Below, in pieces: positions 22,349-32,800 of a stretch of 53,506 bases of DNA. The notes beneath the pieces are model-generated. The model had not been told where the DNA came from, made no database searches, and saw nothing but the letters and a program-made list of their open reading frames with translations. The position numbers were made by a program, and so were the translations under genes. Numbering within the stretch: the stretch's first letter is position 1; each line of letters begins with the position of its first letter. Source of the DNA: a virus. Lineage: Duplodnaviria; Caudoviricetes. The stretch spans positions 1 through 53,506 of the IMG/VR virus record IMGVR_UViG_3300027749_000141; one strand, written 5' to 3'.

Positions 22349-25303
22349 TTAATTAACAAATTCTTTAATATATTTAGATGATTCGAATTGTATTCGAAGC
22401 CAATCAAAATCATTAATCATTGCAAGTGCCAAAATATTTTTGGCATTTTTTTGACCGTAATCTTTGCCTGCGACAGCTCCGGCAATTGCAAAATTTCCAA
22501 ATTGTGTATCAACACCTACAGTACACCAGATATCTAATCGAATTTTTGATTCTTGATTAATCTGACCATCAATTAATCTACTGCTTAGTTTTACACATTC
22601 TCTAAATGCAGATTTCCAGGTATCGAATGGGCTAGTATCAAATGCAGTAATATTTGAAATTTCGGGCATAACTTTAAATTCTGAACTAATTGCAGTTGTC
22701 ATATCCGGAGAATATACATCAACATTTAATGTTAACTCTTTTGGAAGCAATTTGACGCCACCGTAACCGTAGACTAAATCGTTAATAGGGTTTTTACTAC
22801 TCCAGGTATACACAATGTTCATTTCATTTTTTGATATTATCATATCAAAATTAAAAGTTTCTTCAATAACTGCATCACCGTCTACTACCCAAAACATTGG
22901 CGATGATGCAAGTTTTGCTGCTGCGATATGTGCTTGATGAATACCTTTAACTCCGTGTACACGTTGAGCATACGGAAACCGTTTAACTAACTTGTCAAAA
23001 TTGGCATCGGCATTTGATTCGTTATAGCTAATAAAGACAATGTCGTACCAACCAGTTTTACTTGCAACAACTGGCCATTCCTTTCTATCAACTGGAAATC
23101 GGTGTTCAATTTCTTTTTGTGATAAAACTGCATGCGTCGAACATAAAAATACGCCATTATATGTATCGGAATTATGAACGAATGCGTGGTTTTGATATCT
23201 ATCAAAATCATACTTAGCGTTCTTTTTAGAAAAGAAAAGATCGAATTTAAAATCATCAACTGCTTTAATATTGCAAGATTCCATCCAAAACATTTCAGTA
23301 GTTGTATGATCAAGAGCATACAGGTATTCATCATACGAATCTATTACAAACCTATCATAGGATTTATATGTGCTTGCAACAACTGGCCATTCCTTTCTAT
23401 CAACTGGAAATCGGTGTTCAATTTCTTTTTGTGAAATGAAAGTATGTATCGAACATAAAAATATGCCATTATATGTTTGTTCGTCATCTTCTAAATGTAA
23501 AAATGCGTGATTTTGTTTTCTGTCATACTCGTATTTTGCGTTCTTTTTAGAAAAATACAAATCAAATTTAAAATCATCAACTGCGACAATATCTTTTGAT
23601 TCCATCCAAAATAATTCAGTAGTTGTATGTTCTAGTGCATACAGGTATTCATCATACGAATCTATTACAAACCTATCATAGGATTTATATGTGCTTGCTA
23701 CAATATCCCATTCCTTTCTATCAACTGGAAATCGGTGTTCAATTTCTTTTTGTGATAAAACTGCATGCGTCGAACATAAAAATATGCCATTATATGTTTG
23801 TTCGTCATCTTCTAAATGTAAAAATGCGTGGTTTTGATATCTATCAAAATCATACTTAGCGTTCTTTTTAGAAAAGAAAAGATCAAATTTAAAATCATCA
23901 ACTGCTTTAATATTGCAAGATTCCATCCAAAACATTTCAGTAGTTGCGGTAGCTAATGCCGAAAGATATCCATCATACGAGTCAATAACAAATCTATCAT
24001 AGGATTTATATGTGCTTGCTACAATATCCCATTCCTTTCTATCAACTGGAAATCGGTGTTCAATTTCTTTTTGTAATAATACTTCGTAGGTCGAACATAA
24101 AAATATGCCATTATATGTTTGTTCGTCATCTTCTAAATGTAAAAATGCGTGATTTTGTTTTCTGTCAAAATCATACTTAGCGTTCTTTTTAGAAAAATAC
24201 AAATCAAATTTAAAATCATCAACTGCGACAATATCTTTTGATTCCATCCAAAATAATTCAGTAGTTGTATGTTCTAGTGCATACAGGTATTCATCATACG
24301 AGTCAATAACAAATCTATCATAGGATTTATATGTGCTTGCTACAACTGGCCATTCCTTTCTATCAACTGGAAACCGATGTTCTATTTCTTTTTGTGATAA
24401 TACTTCGTAGGTCGAACATAAAAATATGCCATTATATGTTTGTTCGTCATCTTCTAAATGTAAAAATGCGTGATTTTGTTTTCTGTCGTAAAAATTGTTA
24501 AATTTAAAATGTAAATCAAATTTAAAATCATCAACTGCGACAATATCTTTTGATTCCATCCAAAATAATTCAGTAGTTGTATGTTCTAGTGCATACAGGT
24601 ATCCATCATACGAGTCAATAACAAATCTATCATAGGATTTATATGTACTTGCAACAATATCCCATTCCTTTCTATTAACTAGAAATCGATGTTCTATTTC
24701 GTTTTGTGTCGAAAAGGCATGCGTCGAACATAAAAATATGCCATTATATGTTTGTTCGTCATCTTCTAAATGTAAAAATGCGTGATTTTTGTCTCGATCA
24801 TAAAAATTGTTAAATTTAAAATGTAAATCAAATTTAAAATCATCAACTGCTTTAATATTGCGAGATTCCATCCAAAACATTTCAGTAGTTGTATGATCAA
24901 GAGCATACAGGTATTCATCATACGAGTCAATAACAAACCTATCATATTGCACAACTGTTGATGCGTTAATATTAACTTCATTGCTATTAAGATAAAACCT
25001 ATGATCTATTTCGTTTGTCGAAAGAAATCTTATCTTTGAAATTAAAATAACTCCAGTATATTCATTATCATTTTTAAATATATGAACATAATCTTTAGCC
25101 CATTCTTGGACTGTATAATCAAAGGAAAATGTATCTAAGATTGTAAGGTCCGAATATACAATCCAGAGAAATTTAGTAAACGAGTGGTGTTGTGCTGTAT
25201 TAATAGAAGCTGCACGTTTTGCTAACGGGTATTTTAACTTTAATTGTGCAAATTTATTAGTAGCATATTTTGAATCATCTGAAATAAAAAATATATCGTA
25301 CAT
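22349..25303 (-). CDS. Repeat-expanded glycosyltransferase-like protein: diverged N-terminal unit, six ~105 aa repeats, C-terminal GT-A domain
   Basis: C-terminal domain YDIVFISYNE...RVHGVKG...FWVVDGD (DxD) is paralogous to the 299 aa neighbour; six tandem YDRFVIDSYD repeats. Confidence 0.8.
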   Translation of the reverse strand: MYDIFFISDDSKYATNKFAQLKLKYPLAKRAASINTAQHHSFTKFLWIVYSDLTILDTFSFDYTVQEWAKDYVHIFKNDNEYTGVILISKIRFLSTNEIDHRFYLNSNEVNINASTVVQYDRFVIDSYDEYLYALDHTTTEMFWMESRNIKAVDDFKFDLHFKFNNFYDRDKNHAFLHLEDDEQTYNGIFLCSTHAFSTQNEIEHRFLVNRKEWDIVASTYKSYDRFVIDSYDGYLYALEHTTTELFWMESKDIVAVDDFKFDLHFKFNNFYDRKQNHAFLHLEDDEQTYNGIFLCSTYEVLSQKEIEHRFPVDRKEWPVVASTYKSYDRFVIDSYDEYLYALEHTTTELFWMESKDIVAVDDFKFDLYFSKKNAKYDFDRKQNHAFLHLEDDEQTYNGIFLCSTYEVLLQKEIEHRFPVDRKEWDIVASTYKSYDRFVIDSYDGYLSALATATTEMFWMESCNIKAVDDFKFDLFFSKKNAKYDFDRYQNHAFLHLEDDEQTYNGIFLCSTHAVLSQKEIEHRFPVDRKEWDIVASTYKSYDRFVIDSYDEYLYALEHTTTELFWMESKDIVAVDDFKFDLYFSKKNAKYEYDRKQNHAFLHLEDDEQTYNGIFLCSIHTFISQKEIEHRFPVDRKEWPVVASTYKSYDRFVIDSYDEYLYALDHTTTEMFWMESCNIKAVDDFKFDLFFSKKNAKYDFDRYQNHAFVHNSDTYNGVFLCSTHAVLSQKEIEHRFPVDRKEWPVVASKTGWYDIVFISYNESNADANFDKLVKRFPYAQRVHGVKGIHQAHIAAAKLASSPMFWVVDGDAVIEETFNFDMIISKNEMNIVYTWSSKNPINDLVYGYGGVKLLPKELTLNVDVYSPDMTTAISSEFKVMPEISNITAFDTSPFDTWKSAFRECVKLSSRLIDGQINQESKIRLDIWCTVGVDTQFGNFAIAGAVAGKDYGQKNAKNILALAMINDFDWLRIQFESSKYIKEFVN
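23048..24946 (-). repeat. Six in-frame tandem repeats of 312-321 bp (104, 104, 107, 107, 107, 104 aa)
   Basis: Each unit begins YDRFVIDSYD and ends RKEW(D/P)(I/V)VAS; long stretches are identical at DNA level. Confidence 0.95.
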
Positions 25304-26202
25304 TAGTGTTTGATCCTATAACGTGGCGAATTATTGTAGACTGTTTTAAAAAATTTACTACCTTCGCTGTCAAGATACGAAACTGGTAATCCTAATTTTT
25401 CTCGTATTTCGTCACCAAGCAGTTCTCGACGTTTGCAAATTTGCACATTCCTCCAATCTTTATAGGTGTCTTCCCAGTAAGTTGTTAACCATTCAAAATC
25501 TCTAACATTTGCATAATCCCACGTTGAGTTAGCTGTTAGTAAACAACCTTCCCTTGCACCTATAATCGACCATTCACCGTTTTCAACATCGTTACCGACA
25601 TTACACCACACTAGCAATCTATGATAGTTTTGCCACCACACTGTAGTAAGATCATTAACTTTTGCACCTTGATCAAGACACATTTTAACACCTTCGCGAA
25701 ATCCTGCTCGCCATGCTTGAAACGGAGTTGCATTCGTATAACTAACAGAATAGTTTTCAGGAAACTGATAATAACGATCGTCAAAACAAAATTCAACTTT
25801 ACTTTTAATATCATTAGGATCTGCATTTTCGTGTGTTTGCATCTCATTAACAAATTTGCGAGTCCACATTTTTAACCCGCCATTACCATACATTAACCCG
25901 TTAACATGAATTTTCCCGCACCAACTAAATACGTGTTCAGATGTTAATCCTAATTTATCTAAATCAATTTCTAATCTTAAAAATGCAGGATCAATGATGT
26001 TATCAGCATCAACGGTTACAAAGTATTCAGTGTCACTTAACGCTGCGCATGCTTTATGGGCAGCGTCGCTGCCTTTTACACCGTGAACCCGTTTAGCCCA
26101 CGGAATTTTTTTAAGTAAATCGGCATAATTTTTTTCAGCATTTGGTTCATCGTAACTTAAGAATATAACATCTTGTTCAATAATTTTTATAATATTACTC
26201 AT
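25303..26202 (-). CDS. GT-A fold glycosyltransferase-like protein
   Basis: VIFLSYDEPNA, RVHGVKG, YFVTVDADN (DxD), YGNGGLK, AWRAGFREGVK. Confidence 0.7.
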   Translation of the reverse strand: MSNIIKIIEQDVIFLSYDEPNAEKNYADLLKKIPWAKRVHGVKGSDAAHKACAALSDTEYFVTVDADNIIDPAFLRLEIDLDKLGLTSEHVFSWCGKIHVNGLMYGNGGLKMWTRKFVNEMQTHENADPNDIKSKVEFCFDDRYYQFPENYSVSYTNATPFQAWRAGFREGVKMCLDQGAKVNDLTTVWWQNYHRLLVWCNVGNDVENGEWSIIGAREGCLLTANSTWDYANVRDFEWLTTYWEDTYKDWRNVQICKRRELLGDEIREKLGLPVSYLDSEGSKFFKTVYNNSPRYRIKH

Positions 26203-26794
26203 GGGTAATTACTAATCCGTATGATTTTAACACTTTACTTGTTATCAATGTTATTTTATCAATATTTGTTTCGAACTTGCTTTCAAATGGGATATAAACA
26301 GAAGACGCTAACAGATCTGCTGGTTTAATTTTTATTGTTCGTATTAAAAAATCAAAATCATTTTCTAATGTAACAAAAAACACTAATACCTGCGAATATG
26401 ATTGCACGAACGGTCGACCTTCCTCTGCTACATTAAATACCCAATATTTGATTTTGTTATTCCATTCGACGATCAATCTAGTATCACTATCAGGTGAGTC
26501 ACATACCCAGGCCAATAAATCATTTTTAAATGAAATCGTCGGATTAAGTAACGAATATAATGAAATTTTATCACTGTCTTTATAACCAACTCTATAATTA
26601 GATAACGGTTCGATTCCGGATACTAGTGTGTAGTACTCGTCGTAATTTATTTCTAAAAAATTATCAAACGCAGTAGTAAACTCATTTGATACTAAAAATA
26701 TGCAGCCGGCATCATCATAATATACATAGTATTTTGGATCAACGGGCATCAATGCGGCGTTGGTTTTTTTAGATTTAGATTTACGTTTTGCCAT
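26195..26794 (-). CDS. Hypothetical protein within the glycosyltransferase cluster
   Basis: 199 aa ORF overlapping both GT neighbours. Confidence 0.65.
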   Translation of the reverse strand: MAKRKSKSKKTNAALMPVDPKYYVYYDDAGCIFLVSNEFTTAFDNFLEINYDEYYTLVSGIEPLSNYRVGYKDSDKISLYSLLNPTISFKNDLLAWVCDSPDSDTRLIVEWNNKIKYWVFNVAEEGRPFVQSYSQVLVFFVTLENDFDFLIRTIKIKPADLLASSVYIPFESKFETNIDKITLITSKVLKSYGLVITHE

Positions 26795-27626
26795 GTGCTA
26801 ACTCTTTTAGTTGTGTTAATAATTTGTCATTTATAAAATCTTTTTCAACATAATGAAATAATTTTGATTGTTTAATATTGCCAACTACTAGGTCACCTTT
26901 TGAATTTAACATTGCAGGAACTACATCTTGCCATTTTTCCGGAGTCTCGTGCCATCCTTGCAATGCAGGTTTCATATGAATAAATTCCAACGGTGAAATT
27001 CGATCTACTGCAGTTTCTTGTAAACCTAGTAGTTCGATTGCAACAGCAACCGCAAGATCTATACTTAACCATTTTTGATAGTATGCCGGAGCAACTGTTG
27101 TCCATGCCCATTCCCAATTATAACAAACAAATTCGAGAACTTTATAAAAAGTGTATGCGCTGTCTGACTTTTTAAAATAGTGCAATGCCGAATATGGGTT
27201 TTGAAGGTGATTATAAGAAAACGCATTTCTATATACATTATCAATTACTGGTTCGAGTTTATAATTTTTAATTCTTGAACAAAATTTAAGATCATAGTTA
27301 CTACAGTATTGCCACCATTTACTAATGTCTTCTAATAGCAACATATCAGCGTCTAACACAATTGTTTCATCATACGGAGTAATATGAAAAACCTTCCATC
27401 TATTTTCAACCTTCCACTCTGAGTCTACTGCAGCATCATTCCACGGTATTGCTATAATTTTATCAAAGACTGCGCTATACTCATCGCTAACTAAATCATT
27501 AGTCATTATTGATATCTTATTATACGTATTTTGACTAAATTTTATCGATAGTGCAAGTGCATACGCCTGCTTGATATAATCAACCGATGGTGTATTTTGT
27601 GCAACTACTAAAAATCCTTTAGACAT
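26781..27626 (-). CDS. GT-A glycosyltransferase-like protein (GT8-like)
   Basis: DYIKQAYALALS, FDKII, TPYDETIVLDADML (DxD), FIHMK, FHY. Confidence 0.75.
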   Translation of the reverse strand: MSKGFLVVAQNTPSVDYIKQAYALALSIKFSQNTYNKISIMTNDLVSDEYSAVFDKIIAIPWNDAAVDSEWKVENRWKVFHITPYDETIVLDADMLLLEDISKWWQYCSNYDLKFCSRIKNYKLEPVIDNVYRNAFSYNHLQNPYSALHYFKKSDSAYTFYKVLEFVCYNWEWAWTTVAPAYYQKWLSIDLAVAVAIELLGLQETAVDRISPLEFIHMKPALQGWHETPEKWQDVVPAMLNSKGDLVVGNIKQSKLFHYVEKDFINDKLLTQLKELAHGKT

Positions 27627-28464
27627 TACTCACCTCATCAATATATCGATTTAGACTTATCTTATTCATTACATGTACATCAATACCAGTTGTTTTTGCA
27701 GCTATATATTCACCTAGACAATTCTCTTTTTCTACTAAAAATTGCATTTTGTTATCTTTTGCATTAATTAATAGATCTTTATCTGTAATATATGTCATTG
27801 TTCCCGGTAATTCAACTGCGAACTCTCCATTAGTCTTACCGTTCATTATATGAATTGCAATGCTAAATGCAAAATCGTTTCTAAATAACTTAGTTTCAAT
27901 GCTGTACAACACTCTAAAATATTCCCAATTTTCTCTAATATAAAAAATTAAATTAAAAAAAGACTCAATAATTGCTGATTTTTTAAACACAAACACAGTT
28001 GCCCAATAAAATGGAATAGAATATTGATTAATCCTTTCAAATTCAAATGTTGGTCGCCATTCTGCAAGATCAAAACTTTTTTTATAAATTTGAAAATCGT
28101 AATCTTGGTCTAAAGACATGTTTAGTATTGGCGAATTTAATATATAATCGCAGTCTAACACTATAGTAGTGTCGTACGGTGTTAACTCGTAAGCCAGGTA
28201 TCTTGAAAAATTTTTCCATTCTGATAAAATAGATGACAGTGTGCCATCGAACATAACTCTCTTTTGTTCAGTACTTTGGTCGATTTCAATTATTTGATCA
28301 AAATTATGATCAGGATACGAAGTTTCTAACCAATTTTTAGAATCAGTCACGATCGACACTGGGATATTTAAATATAATCGAACACGCGCTGCGCAAAAAA
28401 TTGCCATTTTAACATAATCTATATCAGTGTTATTTTGTGCAAATATCAAAGCACCGGTAGTCAT
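27619..28464 (-). CDS. GT-A glycosyltransferase-like protein, paralog of 26781-27626
   Basis: DYVKMA, FDQII, TPYDTTIVLDCDY (DxD), FRNDFAFSIA, VHVMNK. Confidence 0.75.
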   Translation of the reverse strand: MTTGALIFAQNNTDIDYVKMAIFCAARVRLYLNIPVSIVTDSKNWLETSYPDHNFDQIIEIDQSTEQKRVMFDGTLSSILSEWKNFSRYLAYELTPYDTTIVLDCDYILNSPILNMSLDQDYDFQIYKKSFDLAEWRPTFEFERINQYSIPFYWATVFVFKKSAIIESFFNLIFYIRENWEYFRVLYSIETKLFRNDFAFSIAIHIMNGKTNGEFAVELPGTMTYITDKDLLINAKDNKMQFLVEKENCLGEYIAAKTTGIDVHVMNKISLNRYIDEVSNV

Positions 28465-28811
28465 AATTCGACCATATCTTTAAGTTTTCGTTTCGATGAT
28501 ATATCACTAAATTTTGCTGCATAATCGTTTACTGCTTCAAAATATATTGAAAAAATATCATCAAAAAATGATTGCAAATCAGAAATTATTACAGGTAAAT
28601 TGTTAGTATCTACAATTGCAATATCAGTAGTATGTCCTAAATCTAACATAGTTTTGATAATACTAATTAATTCTGGTCCAATCTTAAAAGTTGCACCATT
28701 AGTATAATATACTAACTGCTGATCAAATTCTTCTAAGATAATGCGGCGTTGATTGGATAAAGTTGCCATATAATTTGCAACTTCAAATGCGGTTTCTATT
28801 CGGGTGTCCAT
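28461..28811 (-). CDS. Hypothetical protein, possibly tail fibre assembly-like
   Basis: 116 aa with AAGGAG SD; lies between tail genes and the GT cluster. Confidence 0.55.
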   Translation of the reverse strand: MDTRIETAFEVANYMATLSNQRRIILEEFDQQLVYYTNGATFKIGPELISIIKTMLDLGHTTDIAIVDTNNLPVIISDLQSFFDDIFSIYFEAVNDYAAKFSDISSKRKLKDMVEL

Positions 28812-28860
28812 TGTATCTCCTTAAATCTACTAATTTTAATTAGCATTTAAGGAGATACAA
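28811..28860 (-). promoter_or_regulatory. 16 bp perfect inverted repeat sequestering the SD of the gene starting at 28811
   Basis: TTGTATCTCCTTAAAT (28811-28826) / ATTTAAGGAGATACAA (28845-28860); inner stem CTAATT/AATTAG. Confidence 0.75.
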
Positions 28861-28876
28861 ATAGACAAATATTGAT

Positions 28877-29758
28877 TTACGGGAATGATGCCGTTGCAGA
28901 CGGTGCAGTAACTGAAACATTTGTTCCAGATGCATAATACCCTTCGACTGTACTTGATATGACACCAGTGACATTTTCGTCGATTCCGTACCCTCCGGGC
29001 GCATAGCTATCGTTAAACTGAATTGTAAATATTATCTGAGCTGTACTCGATCCGGTTCTTGCATATATTCTGTATGCGTTAGGATTATACGTCGGAGCTT
29101 CTGTAGTTTTTTGAAAAACTAGCTGATCCGTCGATGTCAATGAAGAGTAACCTATACTTGATCCGGTTCCGGACCCTGATGCAAATGTCGACGCTAATAC
29201 AAAAGAGATTTTACCCATATTGCGCAATAATAAGTACCAAGAATTATTTTTTGTAGCAGTTGTGCCGTCATCAGGTAAACTTGCTGTAAATTCAATCACG
29301 CCGCCTGCATTAAAATACCACCTTGCTGCATTTAAACTTGCAAATGTTAATGTAATAGTGTGTGTGATTAACGTATTCCATGCAGTAGTTCTAGTCAACG
29401 CAGATAACGATAGTCGCGAACCTTGCCCTGTTGGCGGTACTACATTCCTATTTGTAGCTACGGTATTAGCAAACGTATCGTACTGAGTACGAATCGTTTC
29501 GGAAATTTTTGTACTAGTTGTAGCTGCTGTAAGATTAGTGCTTTCATCTACTCCAGTTTGGTGTTGTCTTGCTCGTAGCAAATCAGCTCTTAAATTGTCC
29601 CATTGGGCAACAGTTGCAATTAACGAATTAGTAACCTGACTACTATTAATAGTCTGGCCGTACCCGTATGTGTCTGTTCCTGTTGTCATGACATCTGATA
29701 TTTTTGTTTGAATAGCATTATAATCAGCTGCTGTTATGTTAGTTCCTACTCCGGCCAT
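28877..29758 (-). CDS. Virion structural (tail-associated) protein
   Basis: 293 aa, T/S/G-rich; paralogous over its length to the N-terminus of the 1815 aa protein (DYN.IQ.KI...GYGQ, ARWYFN.G). Confidence 0.7.
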   Translation of the reverse strand: MAGVGTNITAADYNAIQTKISDVMTTGTDTYGYGQTINSSQVTNSLIATVAQWDNLRADLLRARQHQTGVDESTNLTAATTSTKISETIRTQYDTFANTVATNRNVVPPTGQGSRLSLSALTRTTAWNTLITHTITLTFASLNAARWYFNAGGVIEFTASLPDDGTTATKNNSWYLLLRNMGKISFVLASTFASGSGTGSSIGYSSLTSTDQLVFQKTTEAPTYNPNAYRIYARTGSSTAQIIFTIQFNDSYAPGGYGIDENVTGVISSTVEGYYASGTNVSVTAPSATASFP

Positions 29759-29798
29759 TTACTTTCCTATATTCTTTAATTAATGTTTTTAATGTATG

Positions 29799-29806
29799 TA
29801 TTTAAC
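29799..29806 (-). promoter_or_regulatory. Putative late promoter motif GTTAAATA
   Basis: TAAATA core on the - strand about 40 nt upstream of ATG 29758. Confidence 0.45.
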
Positions 29807-29819
29807 GATTTTGATATCG

Positions 29820-32800
29820 TTATCCCCATTTTAATGTAATGCTTCCGGTACCGCCAGGAAAATGATACGTACCACCGTTTGTCGCAACTGCAGCAATGCA
29901 TCCGCCCGGAACAAGCGATTGTCCAGTTTGTCCAGAATATGCGCCAGTGTCACCACTATTATACGTACCACCCATGCCACCGAATGGGTGGCCGGCGCCA
30001 CCGCCACCTGGTCCACCACCATCGCCTATTCTAAATGGTCCAGGGCCGCCATTTACACTAGCAGAATATACTGCAGGTACGATTGAATCAAGCCCGCTAC
30101 CGTTTAATCCTGCGCCACCGCCACCGCCACCGCCTGCAGCAACTACAATAGGTACACCGTCTCTTAATATAAACGATGCTGCGCCGCCGCCGCCACCTGC
30201 TCCAGAACTACCTGTAGGCCCGGCATTTCCGCCGATCCCGCCAGCATACAACCCGCCTGCACCAAGTCCGCCGACTCCGGCTCCTTTATTTGTTACTTGA
30301 TTAGAACCAAAATTTCCGCCTCCGCCAACTCCGATTGTTAAAACTTCGCTCGGCGTAACAGCTAGTGTACCTGACACACGAGCACCTGAATACCCGCCAT
30401 GACCTGCTTTATTATCATCTTTTCCGCCTGATCCGCCGCCTGCGCCATCTACTGTTATTTGAATTGAAGTAATACCGCGCGGTACGGTCCAACTATATTG
30501 ATTAGGCTGGGCAAATACTTGTGCCCCTGCCGGAGTTTTTGACGTGTCGCTAATTGTAATAGTATTACTAGTTCTAACTTTGTTAGTGTACATACTATCA
30601 GTGTATAATTCGACTTTAAAACTTTCAGGTCCTTCAGTGTCTTTATCTTCTGCAATTGGTAAAATTATTAATCCGTTACCTAAACTGTCAATAGTAACCG
30701 TGTCATCTAAAGATGTAAGTCCTGAAAAATCTGCAAGATTAATTTCGGTTCCGCTATCATTTACAATTCTCCAATATAAAACAGTATCCATATCAATCGT
30801 AGTAGTTGCAATATTAAATGTAACTGTAGGTTGAGTAGTAGTATACGAAGTAGTCGATGCAGTAGTGTCGTAAATAACAAGTGCAACACCGTCGCTACCG
30901 TGCCCGTCACCTGCATAAGTAACCGTAACAGTGTGTTCACCTGCAGATAAAGTTACACTAGTTTGAACTCCAGATCCGCCGTAGGTAAAACCAGTATGCG
31001 CAACCTGCGTGCTATCAACTAAAAACGTACCTGATTGGTCAGATCCATGTTGGAAAATATATTCTCCTGTATGAGGGAATTTTACTTTCCAATTTGCAGT
31101 ACTTCCACCTTTAAAATATACTGCATTTGCATTCATAAATTTACCCCACACATCGCCCGTAAGTCCGTGTACCGTAATTCCGGCAAGATCTGAACCTGCG
31201 GTTTTCATGTTCCATATTTGTTCACGAACAACTGTCGTTGTTACATGCGCAGTTGTAGTTGCTTCGTCTACATTGTTCGGAGATGATGAAACCCCGGTTG
31301 TTCCTAAAATTGCATACGTTGGATAATCCTTAGATGTATCATTAATAGTAATTGATTGGGTCGAAGCAATTATATTACTAGCAGCTGGCAATGCGTTAGC
31401 AACATCGACTGTAAATAACTCTGTACCTTCTGTCAAATGATCAGTTAACACATTAAATGCCCAAACCATAGAAGCACCACTTGTTAAAAACCCGTAATTA
31501 CTGTCAAGTGTTGGTCCAGAAACATACGCTAAATCACTCCAGCCAGCAAGACCGCTAATATTAAGATAGCGTTGTACCCCGTTATACGCATTTGTTATAG
31601 ATAATGTAACAGTAATCGTCGTAGTCGTAGTTTCGTTAACAATCAACGGAGTTGCAGAGATTGAATAGACAGGATCTCTAGAGGTATCTAACACAATCAA
31701 AGACGGATTAGATGCAAGCAACGATCCTGTTTTTGACCCACTTCTTATTTGCATAGCAAAGGTTTCAGTTGTTTCAGAAATATGATCTTCTACTATTTGC
31801 CATTGCCATACCATCGTCGGACCACTAACGATAAAAGATTGTTCTGTTTCGTTTAACGTCGGTCCACTAAATTTAGTCACATCAGCAAACGAAATTTTTC
31901 CTGGTCCAGTAGCTAACGAATAATATAATTTTGTTCCGATTGGTACTCCAATATTAGTAAACGTTACTAAAATTAATCTATTCGTTGTTTCATTAATCGA
32001 TGCTGAAGGTATAGTAACTGCCGATGCTGTTAACGAGTAGTTCGGATCTTGTGACAAATCTAAGATAGTCGTAGGCGGTTCGTCGTTGTTATCTCCGAGG
32101 CTAGATGCAACTACCTGCCCAGTATAACTTTTAGTTCGTAATTCAATTGCAAATACTTCAGTGTCTTCAGATTTTTGATCAGCACGTAATGCTCTGACAA
32201 TTTTAGGATCAGGTTGAGTACTATCAACTGTTACTGTTCCGCGCATGTCAGGGTTAGTAAGGTAATCAATAAAATCAGCTGCTTCGACACCATTTGTTTC
32301 ATATAATTTTGTTGTCCAGTATAATACGGTCCCATTCGGAATACCAGTTGTATGCACTGTATAATTAACTTGGCTAATGCCCTCACCGACGATATTTGCA
32401 TCAGGCGTAATACTGAACGTGCTTGCTGAATCTAGTATCGAAATAGTTTTACTTGTTTTAACTACATCACCCGAATATCGATTAGTTCGCAATGCAATCG
32501 CAAATTTTTTATTTTCAACGTTTTTATCAAATTGGGCAGCTCTGACGATTAAATCTAACGCTTCGCCCGTTGGTCCGATATACACCCTACCGCGCATATC
32601 TGGATTCGTATCGTAATCTGTAAAGTCAGCAGCAGTTACTTCATTAATATCGCTAGACACTGACACAGTAGTCCAGTATAATACAGTATCCACTGGAACA
32701 TTTTCTGTTGAAACTTTAAAAGAAATACCATTCGCGCCCTCTGTTATTGAACTAACAGATTCATCTGGAAACGGTACAATTGAATAAGTAGCAGTCGGGT

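Noticed and set aside
22341-22349. Bidirectional terminator at the convergence of the two gene blocks
   Set aside because: Only 7 bp separate the two stops and no convincing GC stem is present.
23048-24946. CRISPR array or diversity-generating retroelement
   Set aside because: Units are ~315 bp in-frame coding repeats with no unique spacers; differences are block-wise, not adenine-specific; no cas or reverse transcriptase gene in the window.
29831-30300. Pro-rich + strand ORF (29896-30300) and other short overlapping ORFs
   Set aside because: Antisense shadow of the glycine-rich tail of the 1815 aa gene (GGN codons read as Pro).
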